DNA of 64,000 bases, taken from assembly GCF_038025025.1 (NCBI RefSeq), contig NW_027117348.1:1426001-1490000 (forward strand), written 5' to 3'. Positions 1 to 13,040 of the stretch are shown here, one piece after another. Source of the DNA: Phyllosticta citribraziliensis (lineage: Eukaryota). A program made the translations under genes and the position numbers. Every line of letters begins with the position of its first letter. Positions within the stretch are counted from its first letter, which is position 1. The notes under the pieces were generated by a model. That model worked only from the letters and a program-made list of their open reading frames with translations. It had not been told where the DNA came from and ran no database searches.

Positions 1-1
1 C

Positions 2-598
2 AGCGGCAGCAACCCCGGCGGCTATCACAGCCCAGGCTCCCCCACGCAAAATGGCAGCAATGCCGATTCTGGCGACCCGCTCATGTCAATGAACCGACGC
101 AGCACCATGGACTCTGACGCACTCGGAGCCCTCGGCCAGGGTCCAGTTGCAAACGGATACAGCACTCGCCCGGATCTCGTCAACACGGCCAATGGAGGCG
201 TGCATCGCGGGCCGTCCAACGCGTCGTCGTCGTACAGCGCGCACCACAGCGACAGCTCGGAAAACGGCAACGCGGCCAACAATGCCAACCGGCGCAGCAA
301 CAGCTACCACTACAACTCGAATTCCAACGGCTCGAGCAACGGCGGCCCGCAAGACTATTACCCGGACAACGGCTACTACCAGGCATACAACCCCAGCGGC
401 GGCAATGGAAACGGCGCCGCCCCCGCGAATGGCAGCGGAAACGCCAACGCCAATGCCAATGCCAACGCCAACGGCGCAGGCAACATGTGGGACGGCGGCC
501 CGGTTGTGCAAAATGTTGCGGCGAGACGCAACACGCGCATCGAGAACCCGGTGCGCTATCCGCCGCAGGGCAACTCTGGAATTGCGCAAAACTTTTAG
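2..598 (+). CDS. 3' end of a gene entering from the left; Asn/Gly/Ser-rich low-complexity C-terminus, product unknown
   Basis: The frame of ORF 83..598 is open back to base 2, has GC3-rich coding-like codons and ends ...RYPPQGNSGIAQNF*. A T-rich UTR-like tract follows. Confidence 0.75.
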   Translation, partial: SGSNPGGYHSPGSPTQNGSNADSGDPLMSMNRRSTMDSDALGALGQGPVANGYSTRPDLVNTANGGVHRGPSNASSSYSAHHSDSSENGNAANNANRRSNSYHYNSNSNGSSNGGPQDYYPDNGYYQAYNPSGGNGNGAAPANGSGNANANANANANGAGNMWDGGPVVQNVAARRNTRIENPVRYPPQGNSGIAQNF

Positions 599-1185
599 AC
601 GGAAAAGAATTAGTGTAGTAGTAGCTGTTGTTGTTAACAAGTGAGGTGTGGTGGTGATGGGACGAGGGAGGACGATATCACATGTGCATGTCAACGACCT
701 GAAGGAGGGCGGCCTCTTTGTCAGTGTCGAGTCGATACCCGGATTTACTTTGCTTCTTTTTTTTTTTTTTTTTTGCTTCGATCTTCTTTTTTACTCCATT
801 TGCTTTGGCACCTTATTTTACCCCTCTCCTTCTTACCTTTCTTGTCGATCAATCAGTCGGTCAGATCCAGTCCAATCGATGCCCATCCCATCGTTGGCGT
901 TGGTTGCACGTTGTAGTACGTTACGTAGCATAGCTCGCTCTGTCTATCCTGTCCATCTGCCCATCTGCCTGTCTCCCTGTCTGTTTGTCTGCAGATACGG
1001 TCTATATTTTCCTTTGTTTTTGGCTTGCTTGCCGCGGTGTGTGGGCGATCAGTTGGGGAGCGTTGTTGAGGAGCGCACGCAGCAGAGCGCGGCGAAGGGC
1101 GTCCGTCCTCTCTATCTACCTATCTACATCATATTACATAGTCTGCGCTCGTCGTCACCATGTCACTACTACTACTACTATATCA

Positions 1186-1339
1186 TATCTCACTTGTCAC
1201 TCTGTTTTCTACATTATTACTACTACTATATCACCACATCAATATTCCCTGTCTTATCTCACTTGTCACTCTGTTTCCTACATTATTACTACTACTCTAT
1301 CTCTACGATGCTACATCACCACATCAATATTCTCTGTCT
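1186..1339. repeat. Tandem duplication of a ~70-85 bp AT-rich unit
   Basis: tatctcacttgtcactctgttt(t/c)ctacattattactactact...atcaccacatcaatatt(c/t)... occurs twice back to back, the second copy with a short insertion. Confidence 0.85.
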
Positions 1340-1750
1340 ACGCAGCTGTGTGGGGAGCTGGCAGTTATTTGCGAACGCACCTCAAAGACGCAGACCGACT
1401 GCGTGCGTGTGTGGGCGTGCGTGCGTGCGTCTTGGGAGCAGTCCGTCGTTTGGCGTGCGTGCGTCTCGGGAGCAGTCAGGTCAGTCGTTTGGCGCCATGA
1501 CTGCCCGCCTGCCCACTTACCTGGTGGTACTCAGCCAGCCAGCCAGCCAGCCTACGTAAGAGAAGGGAACATTGACAGTGTGATAGTAAGCCTAGCCTGG
1601 CCTGGCCTGGCCTACCTGCTTGTTCCGCCCGTGACTGGCCGGCTGGCTGGCAGTATATATATATATGGGGGCGTGCATGAGATGTGGATGTAGATGCAGG
1701 TGCTTCTTGGTTGGTAGCCAAGGCGACAAAGGAGACGAGACGGGACGGGC

Positions 1751-1755
1751 AGAGA

Positions 1756-1800
<45 letters not shown>
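1751..1800. repeat. (AG)n microsatellite, one of many SSRs in the intergenic DNA
   Basis: Read directly from the sequence. Confidence 0.95.
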
Positions 1801-2995
1801 CCGAGGGTCCGGGGCATCAGATAGATAGACACATAGATAGATGGACAGCGTAGCACGCACACACACACAGCAGAGACAGCACGCATACCTAGCACGACAC
1901 CAGCAAGAGCACCACACCGCTCAAAGGGGTCAAGAGGGGGGGGTGGGGTAGGGGGGCAAAAGCCTCGTTTCTTCTGTCCTATGTATATGTATATATATAT
2001 ACGTGTGCGTACGCGGTGCGTGTACTCGGTATGAGGTGAGGTATCCAGGCCCCCCAAGAGGCAAAGGCTAGGACTAGGACCCTCGCATTCCAGCCACTCC
2101 TCCTCCTCTTGAAGAAGTGGTGGTAGAAGAAGAAGAAAAAGAAGAAGGGAAAAAAAAAAATTCTCGCTCCTTCCTCCGTCGCGATGCACTCTCCAGCCGC
2201 TCCCTAGACGGGAGGGACGGATGGTCTCCTTGCGCCACGCAGTGAGTCGCCGACTCGCAGACAGACAGGGGATGGACAGATGGACAGTGGTAGCAGCAGA
2301 AGTGAGCGACGAGAGAGAGGCAGCCAGCGCAGCCGGCTGCGTGCGTGCGTACGTACATATCTATCGAGCTGTATGTATGTATGTGCGTGTATATGCCGTG
2401 CCCAGCGATGCGATCGATCCGTGAGGACGGAGCGGTGATGACGATGGCGCTAGACAAGCAGACAGACAGACAGACAGACGGATAGAGTCAAGGCCAGCGC
2501 GGCTGTCCTGACTACTGCTGCTGCTAATGCTGCTGCGACGACTGTACAGGAAGCAAGGAGAAGACGACGGACGGACGGACGGACGGACCGCGCGGGCCGC
2601 CTGCACTCCACGTGGGATAGCCGGCGGCGGCGGGCGGGTCCGCGTCGACGCCGTCCATCGTCAATGCAAGTCGCGACCTCAAAGGAGAAAGGGGGAGAAG
2701 AGAGAAAAAAAAAAAAAAAAAAAAAGAGCCGTGGCTCGGTTGTTGAAGCGTCAAGGAATTTTGAACAAGAAAGGCAAAGGGATGCATGCATGCTGCACCG
2801 TCAAACGTCGACGATGAGCAGCCAAAAGGCAAAAGAGAGGCAGCCGCCGTGCCGTGCCACTGAAGGGCAGTGTGGTGTGATGGTCGTCAAGTCGTGCAAC
2901 AGACAGAAAGAGAAGAAGCAAGCAAACTACCACGCTAACTGGCGTGGGGTCGATAGTTAGGGGGGCCGCGTCGTTGGAGTGGCTGGCGCCAGAGT

Positions 2996-3781
2996 CTAGG
3001 CGAACCACCACTCGGCACCGTCCATGATGCCGGCCGTCAGAGGCGTCAAGGCGGAGAACAGCGAGGGGGACAGGTCGAGGCCGTAGGTGCCGGGGCAGCC
3101 AGGGCACTTGTCGCCAATGTAGCCGTCGACCGTCTTGCCGCCAAACGAAATCTTGATCTTCTTGTTGCACATGTCTTGGGACATTTGGCCGGCCGCCAGC
3201 GCGACAACAGGCTCCGTGTTCTGGTAGACGGGCCCGCAGAAGCTGGTGCCCACGTCCGGGCTGTAGTACGTCAGGTGAGCAGTGTGCTTGTCGCTGCTGG
3301 CGACGCTGGCGGCTTGCACGGCGACGCTGGAGGCGGCGGGAGCAGCGCTGGACTCGACCACGGATGTCGACGACGGGATGTAGACGCTGGTCGAGGAAGA
3401 GGACGTCACAACCGGGACGAGAGTGGTCGGGGCGACGTAGGTGGAGCTGGCGGAAGAAGAGCTCGGGGTAGGAGTAGGGGTAGGGGTCGAGAAGGACTCG
3501 GCAGGGGTTGACGAGACCAAGGGAGTGGTCAGAGACTCGACAGTGGTTGGCTCGGGCTCCTCGACGTCGTCGGTGGTCGTGGCGGCGGGAGCAGAGGTCG
3601 GGATGGCTTCACCAGGGTTGACGTAGACGGTCGTGGTCTGGTAGACGGTCTCAATGACTTCATCGACCTCGGTGACCCAGACCATGTCGCGCTTGTTCTG
3701 GTGGAGCTGGACATGCTGCTTGTGGGGCGCGGCGGCAGCGGCCGAGAGGAGGGTGAGAGCAACGATGCCGGAAGCCTTCAT
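2996..3781 (-). CDS. Secreted expansin-like / RlpA double-psi beta-barrel protein (allergen Asp f 7-like), single exon
   Basis: Signal peptide MKASGIVALTLLSAAAA, KR site, long Ser/Thr/Pro linker, then C-terminal TYY...CG...VVAL...C.K.I.I...DKCPGC...LDLSPSLFSAL typical of fungal DPBB proteins. Confidence 0.85.
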   Translation of the reverse strand: MKASGIVALTLLSAAAAAPHKQHVQLHQNKRDMVWVTEVDEVIETVYQTTTVYVNPGEAIPTSAPAATTTDDVEEPEPTTVESLTTPLVSSTPAESFSTPTPTPTPSSSSASSTYVAPTTLVPVVTSSSSTSVYIPSSTSVVESSAAPAASSVAVQAASVASSDKHTAHLTYYSPDVGTSFCGPVYQNTEPVVALAAGQMSQDMCNKKIKISFGGKTVDGYIGDKCPGCPGTYGLDLSPSLFSALTPLTAGIMDGAEWWFA

Positions 3782-6700
3782 GATGGTTGATTTTGGAGAA
3801 TGAGGGTAGAAACTGGCTAGCAGTCCAAGTTGGATGATGTGTGTAGAGAAGGTGGGTGATGAGCGCTAGCGCTGCAAAAGAGAGAGACTAGATGGTAGGT
3901 AGAGAGAGAGTGTGTGTCGACGCAAAAGCGGATGCAGCAGATCAAGGAGCGACTGGGATGCGAGGTTTAAGTAGGATTTTGGTGGTGAAGGTGAGGGTAG
4001 TGTGTCGACAGGGGGGAAGGGGTATAAGAGGCGAGTCGTAGTCACTAACGGCAGCCACGGTGGGCGGCAAAACAGTTTCGATTGGCGCAGGGCCCCACAG
4101 CGCAGTGCAGGTGGTGTCGGTCTGGTCAGCATCCTCATCTCGTCGTCAGGTCGAGTCCGGCGGCTCGTATGCGCTCAGGCCGGGTCCAAGGACGCGCCAG
4201 GGCTGCAGGGCTGGCTGGCTGGGGTGCTTGCTGGCGGCTGGCTCCACCGCGACGTTGACGTTGACGAGGGCGACATGTCGGTCAGCATGGGGCGGCGGGC
4301 TTTGTTGTTGCTGTCGTTCAAGGCACATGTCGAGTCAGACGGGCGCAGGTAGCACTGCTTTGCGTCGAGACATGTCGACGAGTCGAGCTGTTTCAGCCAC
4401 GGGTGGTGGAGTGGTGGTTGAGTTGATGGAGTTGGCTTAAGCCGTGATCCATGCGAGGCGATTTTCAGGCACTCGGGACGATCCACCTTGGCACACTGCT
4501 CACCCGCTGCCCCTGACGCTCCGTATGCCAAAATTTCTGTCTCTGCCTTTTCCTCTTTCTTCGCCGCCGCTCGTATGCGACGGGACGCTGCACGGCAAAG
4601 CCCGCTTTGAACAAGTTCCGTTGTCCCGACCTGCCCGCTGGCCCACTGCGGCGACGACGACGCCTCCTCCCAATATTCCCATTGGCCGCGTCGCTGAATT
4701 TGGGGGCCGTCGCTGCGCCCAATGGCTGCATTTACTTACATGTCGCAGCAGATGATGCGTCTAGCCCGCGCTCCTCAAATTAACAGTGGACCGCCTCTGC
4801 CCTACGAGATTTTTTTCGTTGCGTCTCGAAGCCCAAGAGCCCAGAGTGCAGACAAGGTTATCGATATGCTCAAGATCAAGGTTGGTTGCACACGCCCCGA
4901 GCCTGTCCTGGTCCTGGTCCTGGTTCTGCGTCGTGCCTGTGCCTGTGCCTGTGCCTGTCTCGGGGTTTGGGTCTCAACCGTTGACTTGCGGGGTCTAGCA
5001 GTAGTATGCCACGATCCAGGCGACACGTCGGACTGCAGCTTCTGACAGCTCTACCACTCACCACTCACCACTCACCACTCATCTCCAGTGCCTGGCCCGC
5101 GTCGCCGAATCGGAGCCGGCGGGGTCCTGAACGTCCATGCAGGAACACACGTCACGGCGACTCGCCCGCTTCATTCGCAGTCCATCTCGACCCCGCGACA
5201 CCTCGCCTCCGGCATTGTCCTTGTCCCATCCTGTCTCGCTCCGTGGGACGCCTCGCTGCTCCTAAGCCCTCGATGCGTCGGCCTGCAGCGACTCAAGAGA
5301 CACCACGCCCTGCACGCCCACGCCTCACCACATGTCTTGTACCATCATCCACCTCAGCCAGCTCCATCACCGTCCGCCGTCTGTCCATGTGACGGCCCCA
5401 GTGCTCCCGCACTTTGCCAACTACTTCATGTAGTGTCTCGCTCTTGTGCGCGCCTACACATGAATACTGCACCTACTTTCTTTTCCTCTACATCTGCCAG
5501 CGACCTAGCTACATACATTCGTCCATATCCCGGCCGTCACGTAATACGCACGCACGCACTCCTCTTCTTGGCTCTCGTCCTGGCTGCTCCCACTTACAAA
5601 CCACCCCAACGCATCCACTCTCCACAGCATGCCATGCCCGCCCGCTTGATTGCCTGGCCTGCTGCAGTCATTCTCCAGTTCTTCCCCAACGGCCCCAGAA
5701 CCCCGCCAGCCACTGGCCTCACAGTCAGTCGATTCAGTCTCACTTTCTCCGCCTCGGTCAGCAGCAGCGTCGTCTTCTCGTTTCGTTTCGTCTCTCCTCC
5801 GTCCTCTCTTCCCAGTCAAAATCCCTCCCTGGTCAGTCTAGACCACAGCTACCTAGCCGAGAGAGACAAAGCCTAGAAGCGACTTTAGGCTAGCTATCCT
5901 AGCCTCCCACTCTTTCCTTCTTCCTTCCCTATTTCTTGCAGTAACGCCTCGGTGGCGCCCAAAATGCCTCACGCAACCCCGCGCGCACAAAAACGCCCCG
6001 TGGAATCCTTTGCGCGTCTGCTTTCAAGTCAGTCGAGTCGCCGAGACCAACATTCTTCTTCTTCGAGAGAGATGGTTGAAAGGCAGGAAATAGGCCCCTT
6101 CGTTAAGCTACACACACATACGCCCCATGCCCCATTCGTTCACGTGGTCGAGGTTGGAGCAACACGTAGCGAGCGCTGCTGCGGCCAGCCAGCCAGCCAG
6201 CTAGCCAAGACCAACATTGCCTGCCATTCTTCCTCCTCGTTTTCCTGCTGCGATGAGCACGCCTCTAGCTAAGGCGCACGCAATCACACTGCGTCTGCTC
6301 TACCTACACTCCCACGCTACTGACGGCCGCTGCCCGCGAATGCTCCTGTCTGCGCGCGCGGGAGGGTGGTTCTAATGGGTCAATCAACCCGCATCCATCT
6401 CATCCCAGATTGTCCCTTCTCCATTTCCCTCTCAGCATACCCGCACTCACAGCATGGCCAAAGCAAGACACGCCACGCCAAATTATAGGTGCACGACCCA
6501 GCGCCGTCTATTCCTTTGACAGCTCTGACAGCTGCCCGAGCTGGGCGCCAGCCAGTCTGTGCGGGCCCTGAATCCTTCTTTCATTCTTCCTTCATTCATG
6601 CACATCGCCTCCGCCTGTCTTCGCATCGCATCGCGAGGCAAGCTCACGGCACTGCTGCCACTTAAAGGCGGCGTGGCGTGGCGCAGCAGCGAGCAAGAAC

Positions 6701-8136
6701 GCAAAGGGTCTAGATTCGCGCGGCTTAAACCGCCACGGCCTGTCTGTCTCTGCGGCTCTTTGTTTACAGTCTGAGCTAGCTACGGTGTGTGAATGGCTAG
6801 GTAGGTGGTTGATCCTGGTGTTGGCTGGTTTGGCTAGGTAGTTGTTGAGTCGATGGCAACTACGGACGTATGTGTAGGAGTTGCCAACTGCCAACACTCC
6901 TGCCTGTAGTACGTGCTTGTATCGGCCGGTATCCAGGAGAGAGGCATTCCTATGTATCCTTCTCTGTCTCCGATGCGTAGTCTCTTTGCGACGTCTCTGT
7001 GGTGGTTTGTCTGTTTTACCCTTTTCTAGTCCGTCCGCCAGAGACACTTTCCTCCCTCTCCTCTCCTCTCCCCTCCTCATGCCATTCACCGCACCACGCA
7101 ATTCCCCTTTCATCCTCTTTCCTTCTTGACCTCGCGTGCTCGCCCGCTGTGTATTGGTTATTGACTTGACGTGCAAACGCGGCGTTCAAAGCCCACAATT
7201 CACAACGAGCCAGACGACAAATTAGCCAACGCAACGGCACCTCGCACTTCTCTCGACGAATGAATGTATCTATCTTTTCCTTCACGCTGCACTGCTGTCT
7301 CGCGGCGCCGCTTTCTTCTGCTGCGATGGCGTGGTTTGGTCGGCTTTTTGCTGCTGCTGCTGGTCTTAATTAAATATCTGCTATAGACACTTTCCCTTGT
7401 CTGGCTCGATGTACCGTCTAAATGCCCGTGCCCTCTACTGTCCCCCCTCCCCGTCCTTTCGCCTCAGCCTTGCCAGCCTTATGCCGCACAGTCCACACTA
7501 CACCACCCACACGCTCAGCCAATCAACCAAGCACGCACCGCGTCCATACCCTTCACGTACTCCTACAGGACACACAGACTGCATAGCCCAGCCCAGGAGA
7601 CAGGCAAACAGCACAGCGAACCGAGGCGCCGATCCCTCCCCTCGGCCGTCGCGATGGGCTCGTAAGCTCGTATGCGCACGTGCGCCCCACGTATACCGCC
7701 TCGTGTCCGTCGAGCGTATGTATGTATGTATGTATGCACTGTCGACATGTCGAAACGTGTACGGGTGCGTGGAGCATCCTTTCCTGACTCGCGGTGTAGC
7801 GTGGCGCGTAGCTGTCTCTTGCCTTGAGAGATGCTGGTTATAGAGAAGGGGGGAGGAGGGGACGTCGGCGTCGCCGAAGCGGACGGAGCGAGTGAGTCGG
7901 GTCGGATCGAGTCGTTCTGGGGTGGTTGGCCGGTTTGCTTCGAGGCCGTGTTTGGAGACGTTTCGGAGTGTGGGGAAGTGCCCAAGTGCAGTGTCGACAG
8001 ATGGATGCGTCCGCAGTGGTAGAGGCGAGCAAGGACGGCCAGTGCGATGATTGTCGAGAATGCCGCTGTCGTTCGTGGTTCGGCCAGCTGAGCTGCGCTG
8101 ACATCCATCCATCCATCCATTGTCCACCGCCGTCAG

Positions 8137-9565
8137 CTAGTTGGCCAACCTGTTATCCGGTTTGCGCGCGTAGACGACGGCTCTACAACACCCACCACCA
8201 ACGTCAGTCAGTCAGTCCATCCACAGTCAACCAGCCATCCAGTGCAAACCCAACACTCACACATCCTGATACGCATGCACGCGCCTATCCCTCAACACCC
8301 CCCTCACCCTCCTCATCAACACGCCCACCTCCCCCCTCGACCACCCCAACCACCGCGTCAGCAACAGCAAACTCCACCCCTCGACCCCGGCCTCCCACTG
8401 CAGCCGGTTCCACACGCCGCGCGCGCGCAGCGCCGCCGGCCGCGCCATCCACCCGCCAATCGGCCACTTCCACCGCCGCTGCGTCGCCGCGACGAAGCCG
8501 GCGCCGCGGATGTGCTGCGCCATCTCGTCCACGGTGCGTAGCGACTTGCCCGCCGCGTCGCCGGCTGCCAGCAGCAGTTGGCTCCATGTTGTCAGTGCCG
8601 AGGTGCTGGGTAGTGTGCCGTCTTCGCTTTGTGGCGCGATGCTGACTTCGAGCTGCTCGATGAGGCCGCCGGGCTTGAGGGCTCTGGCACAGGCTCCGAG
8701 TTAGCCTCGTTCGGCCGTGGGTGGTGTATAGCAAGGAGTTAGGAGGAAGGGAAGGGAGGGCACAAAGTACTTACTTGAAGCACTCGGCGTAAAAGGCCGG
8801 CCAGTCGGCGACGCTGCCGTACAGGCAGCGCACGTGGATGTAGTCGAACGACTCGGGCGCGAACGTCCACGGCTGCGTGCAGTCGTCGACTTCGAAGCGC
8901 AGGTTCGCCGGCACGGCGCGCGGCTGGATGGGGCTGAGGTCGGTGCCGACGACTTCGGCGCATGGGAAGGCGTCGGCGAAGGCGATGGCCCAGAGACCGG
9001 TCCTGTGGGCGGGGAAGACGCGGCGTTAGCCTACAAACTTGCGGCACAGGATGCGAGAGGGGGAAGAGGGCAGGGGAAAGGGGGCGGCCAGGGGGTGGTT
9101 GGATGAGTGGTCGGTCTCGGGTTCGGGGCTCGGGGTTGGGGTGGCCCGCGTACCCTGTCCCGACGTCGAGCACGCGCTGCGGCTGGTCTCCGATTGGCGC
9201 CAGGAACAGCTGCCCGTCGAGCGTCAGGTTGCACAGGTGGTGGCAGATGTCGAGCTGCTCGGCCTGCTGCTCGTCGTTGGGGCTCCAGTACTCGCCGAAG
9301 CGGTACGCATTGTAGCGGCGCCCGTTCTTGTAGGGGTAGTCCCATATGCAGGAGCGGAGAGACGTCGTGTTGCTGCGGTGGTCAGCGCGAGGACGAGTTG
9401 GGGCTTGCTGCCTCCTCGACTTACGACGATGTTTCTGCTTTGACGCTGGCCGAGTCGCTTTCTTCCGAAGTCTCGTCCTACGGTGTCGTTGGTATAGTGT
9501 TAAGCGGTGTCTAACCGTTGGCATACCGCATAGCAGTGGTTGTTATTTCGCGAAGATTCCGGCAT
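8137..9565 (-). CDS. Class I SAM-dependent methyltransferase, LaeA-like/TAM family (about 6 exons)
   Basis: Spliced translation gives YPYKNGRRYNAY..YWSPNDEQQAEQLD, VLDVGTGTGLWA (motif I), GTDLSPIQP, FEVDD, FDYIHVR, LKPGGLIEQLE, KWPIGGW and VYARKP. Canonical donors, branch sites and acceptors were found. The start ATG at 9565 rests on two short predicted exons and is less certain. Confidence 0.88.
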
Positions 9566-10529
9566 CGTGACTCGGTCTCAATTGCATTCTGGTCGAACGA
9601 TGCCTCTTGTGGCAGCATGCGAGGACGGTTGTCAAGTGTTGATCGGTCGTCATGGACGTTTCTGCAGTGGTTAGACCGTGAAAGATGCAGACGGGACGGC
9701 CCTCGTCTTCGCATCGAGAACTTTGGACTGCGTTCAAGATAGAAAGAAGCTTTTACTCCGCGCGGAGCCGGCAGTTTCCACCCAGCAACAAACAACGAGG
9801 GGCATCAAACCGCGAAATGAGACGGAGCTGAAATAGAGACTGGATTCGGAGCGGAGCTGAGAGCGCGAGGCGGAGACATGACTCCCGCGTTAAGTCGCGT
9901 GGGATTGGCGCAGACAGAGGGCCGGACTGGTCGGAGACGGGTCGCAGAGCAACGGTAGACCCCTGCAGCCGAGTTCGCGACTCGGATTGGTCGCAGGTAC
10001 AATTTCAAACGCAGGGGACCAAGGCCGAGGTGGAACACAAATTGCGCTCTCTTCTCCCGGCCTTTGTGTTTGGCACGCGGGACGCACGCGGGACGCGGAC
10101 GGCGGGAGCTTGCCGTCGTGGTTCCGCCGCGGGCTCGGGCGTTTGGTGTCTGGTGCCGGTTCTGACCTCATCACCCCGTTCTTCTTCGTCGATATGAGCG
10201 TTTCTTCCTCTGCGTTTCGGATCAGTGTTTGAAACAGTCGTGGAGTTGACGAGCTTACCATCAATTCTATCGATCGAGCGTTGCTGGAAACACACAAAGA
10301 TATGAGTCTCTAGAAACGTCGAGTCACCGTCCAAGACTCCGAGAGTCGCAATCACCCAACCTTGACGGGGCGTGGGAAGAAACCAAAATTAAAAGGCTAA
10401 GGTATAGAACTCCAAGTGATTCCGCCCACCTAAACAACCTAAACAACCTACCCATCGTCGCCAACGCCCGGCCAATGATGTCAACGGTGACAATAGTCCA
10501 AGAAAGTAGGTGGTCCTTGATTTGAACCC

Positions 10530-13040
10530 TCAATCCCACGCATCGCCCCATCCGTCATCCATGTCCTCCTCTTCTACAGCCTTCTTCTTCTCTTCCACCT
10601 TCTTGACCTCTTTCTTGACTACCGTCGTCTTGGCCTTGCTGGCTGGCACAACCGGCGTTGTCTTCTTCACTGCTGCAACCGGTTTCATTGTCGGCGCTTT
10701 GCTCGTCGTACTTGGTTTGCTCAACCCCTTTGGCAACGGCTTCTTTGCTGCCTGTTTCGCCTGGGCCTGTGCCGTCAACCACCCTGCAAAGTCGGGTTCG
10801 CCCTTGTCATCAAATGGGACAGATGGCGCGGGTGTGGCCGCGGTAGGCGTTGCAAATGGGTCGTCGTCGTCGTCCGCATTTCCCCAAGCATCCAAGTCGG
10901 CATTGTCGTCGTCTCCGCCAAAGTCGTCGCCCCATTCGTCACCAAAGTCCTCAGGCTCGGGCTCGGGCGTGGCGCCTGCAGTTGCCGGGAGCGAGGTACT
11001 CGAGGCCGAAGCAAAGGGGTTCGCAGGCTTTGTGGCTTGGCGATGGAGAGCTGACGCGGTCGAGGTTGAGGAAGTAGGTCGGGCGGCAGGCGGGACGGAC
11101 GAGGAACGAGAGTCGGTTTGGGAAGAAGTGGGAGCTCCGCCGCCGTTGGTATGTGGTTGAATATCGCCAGTGGCTGCTGCAAGCTTGTTGGTGAAGCTGG
11201 AAATGGCCCAACCAGCCCACGAGTTTTCTTGCTGAGGGGTACTCATGCGCGGCGTAGGACCATTGGCCGAAGTGGTCGAGGCAGGAGGTATGGCGGTTTC
11301 CGGGAGGGTGGCTTGGTATTTTCGAATGCGGTTGAGATAGGCGTCAAGGGTCTTGTTTGCTTGATCACGCACTAGCTTTTCCTTGTCTACAAGCGCCGGG
11401 CATAGTGCGGGAAGAAGCTTGTTCGCGCAGTCATCTTCGCTGTACAAATCCGACGTTGCTGCGAGGGCGAGGAGAGCGGCGTTGCGGCCGTGGACAAAAG
11501 GATCGCGCAGAGCACGAGCAAAGGCTGCTGTCAGCACCTTGGTGCGAGTCTACCAGTTGTCAGCAACATGAAAGCATTTCAAACGATAAACGTACGCTCG
11601 CTCCCAGGTTTCGTGCAATCTTGCCCAAACAAATGGTTGTGTTTGTCCTGATTCCAGGCTCAGGATCATTTGCCGTCTTGGCGAGATGTCGAAGGAGGTC
11701 TCCATTCACAATCCGATCCGAGAGCTTTGGTACCAGGGTAAGCACCGCCTTGACAGTCTGCTCACGCATGACTGGCGCCGTGTCAGAAAAGCCAGTGACC
11801 ATTTGCGGAAAAATCTTGTCCGTGACAAGCTTGTTTGGTAAATGGTCAATCATCAGGGTAAGGTTGTCGAGTAAACATATGCGGATAGCCCTGTCTGGAC
11901 TCTGGAATAGTCGAACGATGACGGGCGTAATTTGAGATTCATATTCTTCATCCGACAGCTTTTGGGCAATTTTCATAACCAGACCAAAGACCTTGGGGCC
12001 GCCGCCCCCAAACTCGACAGACTTGAGGAGCTCAGGAAGCACTTTTGCCTTGAAGAATTCTTCGGGAAAATCATCCGTCACTTCTTCCAACTGGCTGAGC
12101 AACTCGTCCCTCTCAATCTCGCCCTTGAGCCCAAGGTTCTCAATGCCTTCAGAAAGAGAAATGATGGGTGTCTGGAAAAATCCGCCTGCGCGCTGCCCTT
12201 GGTCGAGAAACTGGCCCACGCTCGACCGTGACTTGGGGCTTGGGTTGATCAATCTCCTGTAGCTCATTTGCATGGTCGATGGGACTCGTTTGGGTTGCCC
12301 AAGCTGGTCGCCGCCTGGAAACCCGCCGTTGAAGGCTTCGTAGACCAAGATGCCGTAATTGTAGGCGTCGACAGCTGTGACAGGGTTCCGCCTGATGGAG
12401 TCCCAGCCGCCCTGGGCAATCTCAGGAGGCGCGTAGCGACCCGAGTCTGGCACCAGGCCTCCGTATGTGTAAATGACTGCGTCGTCCTCCTTGACGGAAC
12501 TCAAGACGTCGAAGCCGCCCAATTTCCACTCGCCGCTTTCGCTGGTGTACACGGAGGATGCGCGAACGCTTCCATGGACCGAGGAAGCTTCCGCATTGAG
12601 GAATTTGAGCGTCTTTGCAACGTTGTACAGGCCCCATTTGATCGTCTCTTCGGATAGGGATTGTCTGCGAATGTGCCAGGTCAAGGGTGTGAGGCGCTCG
12701 GTCGCAATGTAGATGTATGTCTCGGTCTCGACAGTGTCCAAAACCTTGATTACGCCAGGATGTCGCATGGTTCGCAGTTTACGGAGCGCATTCTTCGCAA
12801 GGGGTAATCTCGACTTGTTGGCGGTAATGTCAAAGGAAAAGATGCTGCACTTGGAGCCATCGTCCTGTGAAGCATGTGAGCCATATATCAGAGCAGCGCC
12901 AGTAGGCCAATCCTTACTCGCTTCGTGCCATTATGAAGGGTCCATATGGACTGGTCAATGTCGACGACATCCCCGAAAGAGTAACCAAAGGCTGGGCCTT
13001 TGGCAATGGCGGAAGCGACAGCAGACTTGAGAAAGTCCAT
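10530..13040 (-). CDS. CEX1: SCY1-family pseudokinase with HEAT repeats (Cex1/SCYL1-like), 3 exons
   Basis: Starts MDFLKSAVASAIAKGP. Contains RHPGVIKVLDTVE, VHGSVRASSVYTSESGEWKLGGF, EPGIRTNTTICLGKIA and RALRDPFVHGRNAAL, and ends in an acidic tail DDGWGDAWD. Joins ORFs 11560..12768 and 10530..11537 through short introns. Confidence 0.9.

Noticed and set aside
648..2990. Long ORFs such as 648..1559 and 1476..2189
   Set aside because: They are translations of microsatellites and homopolymers (poly-F, SL repeats, poly-Y) with no coding bias.
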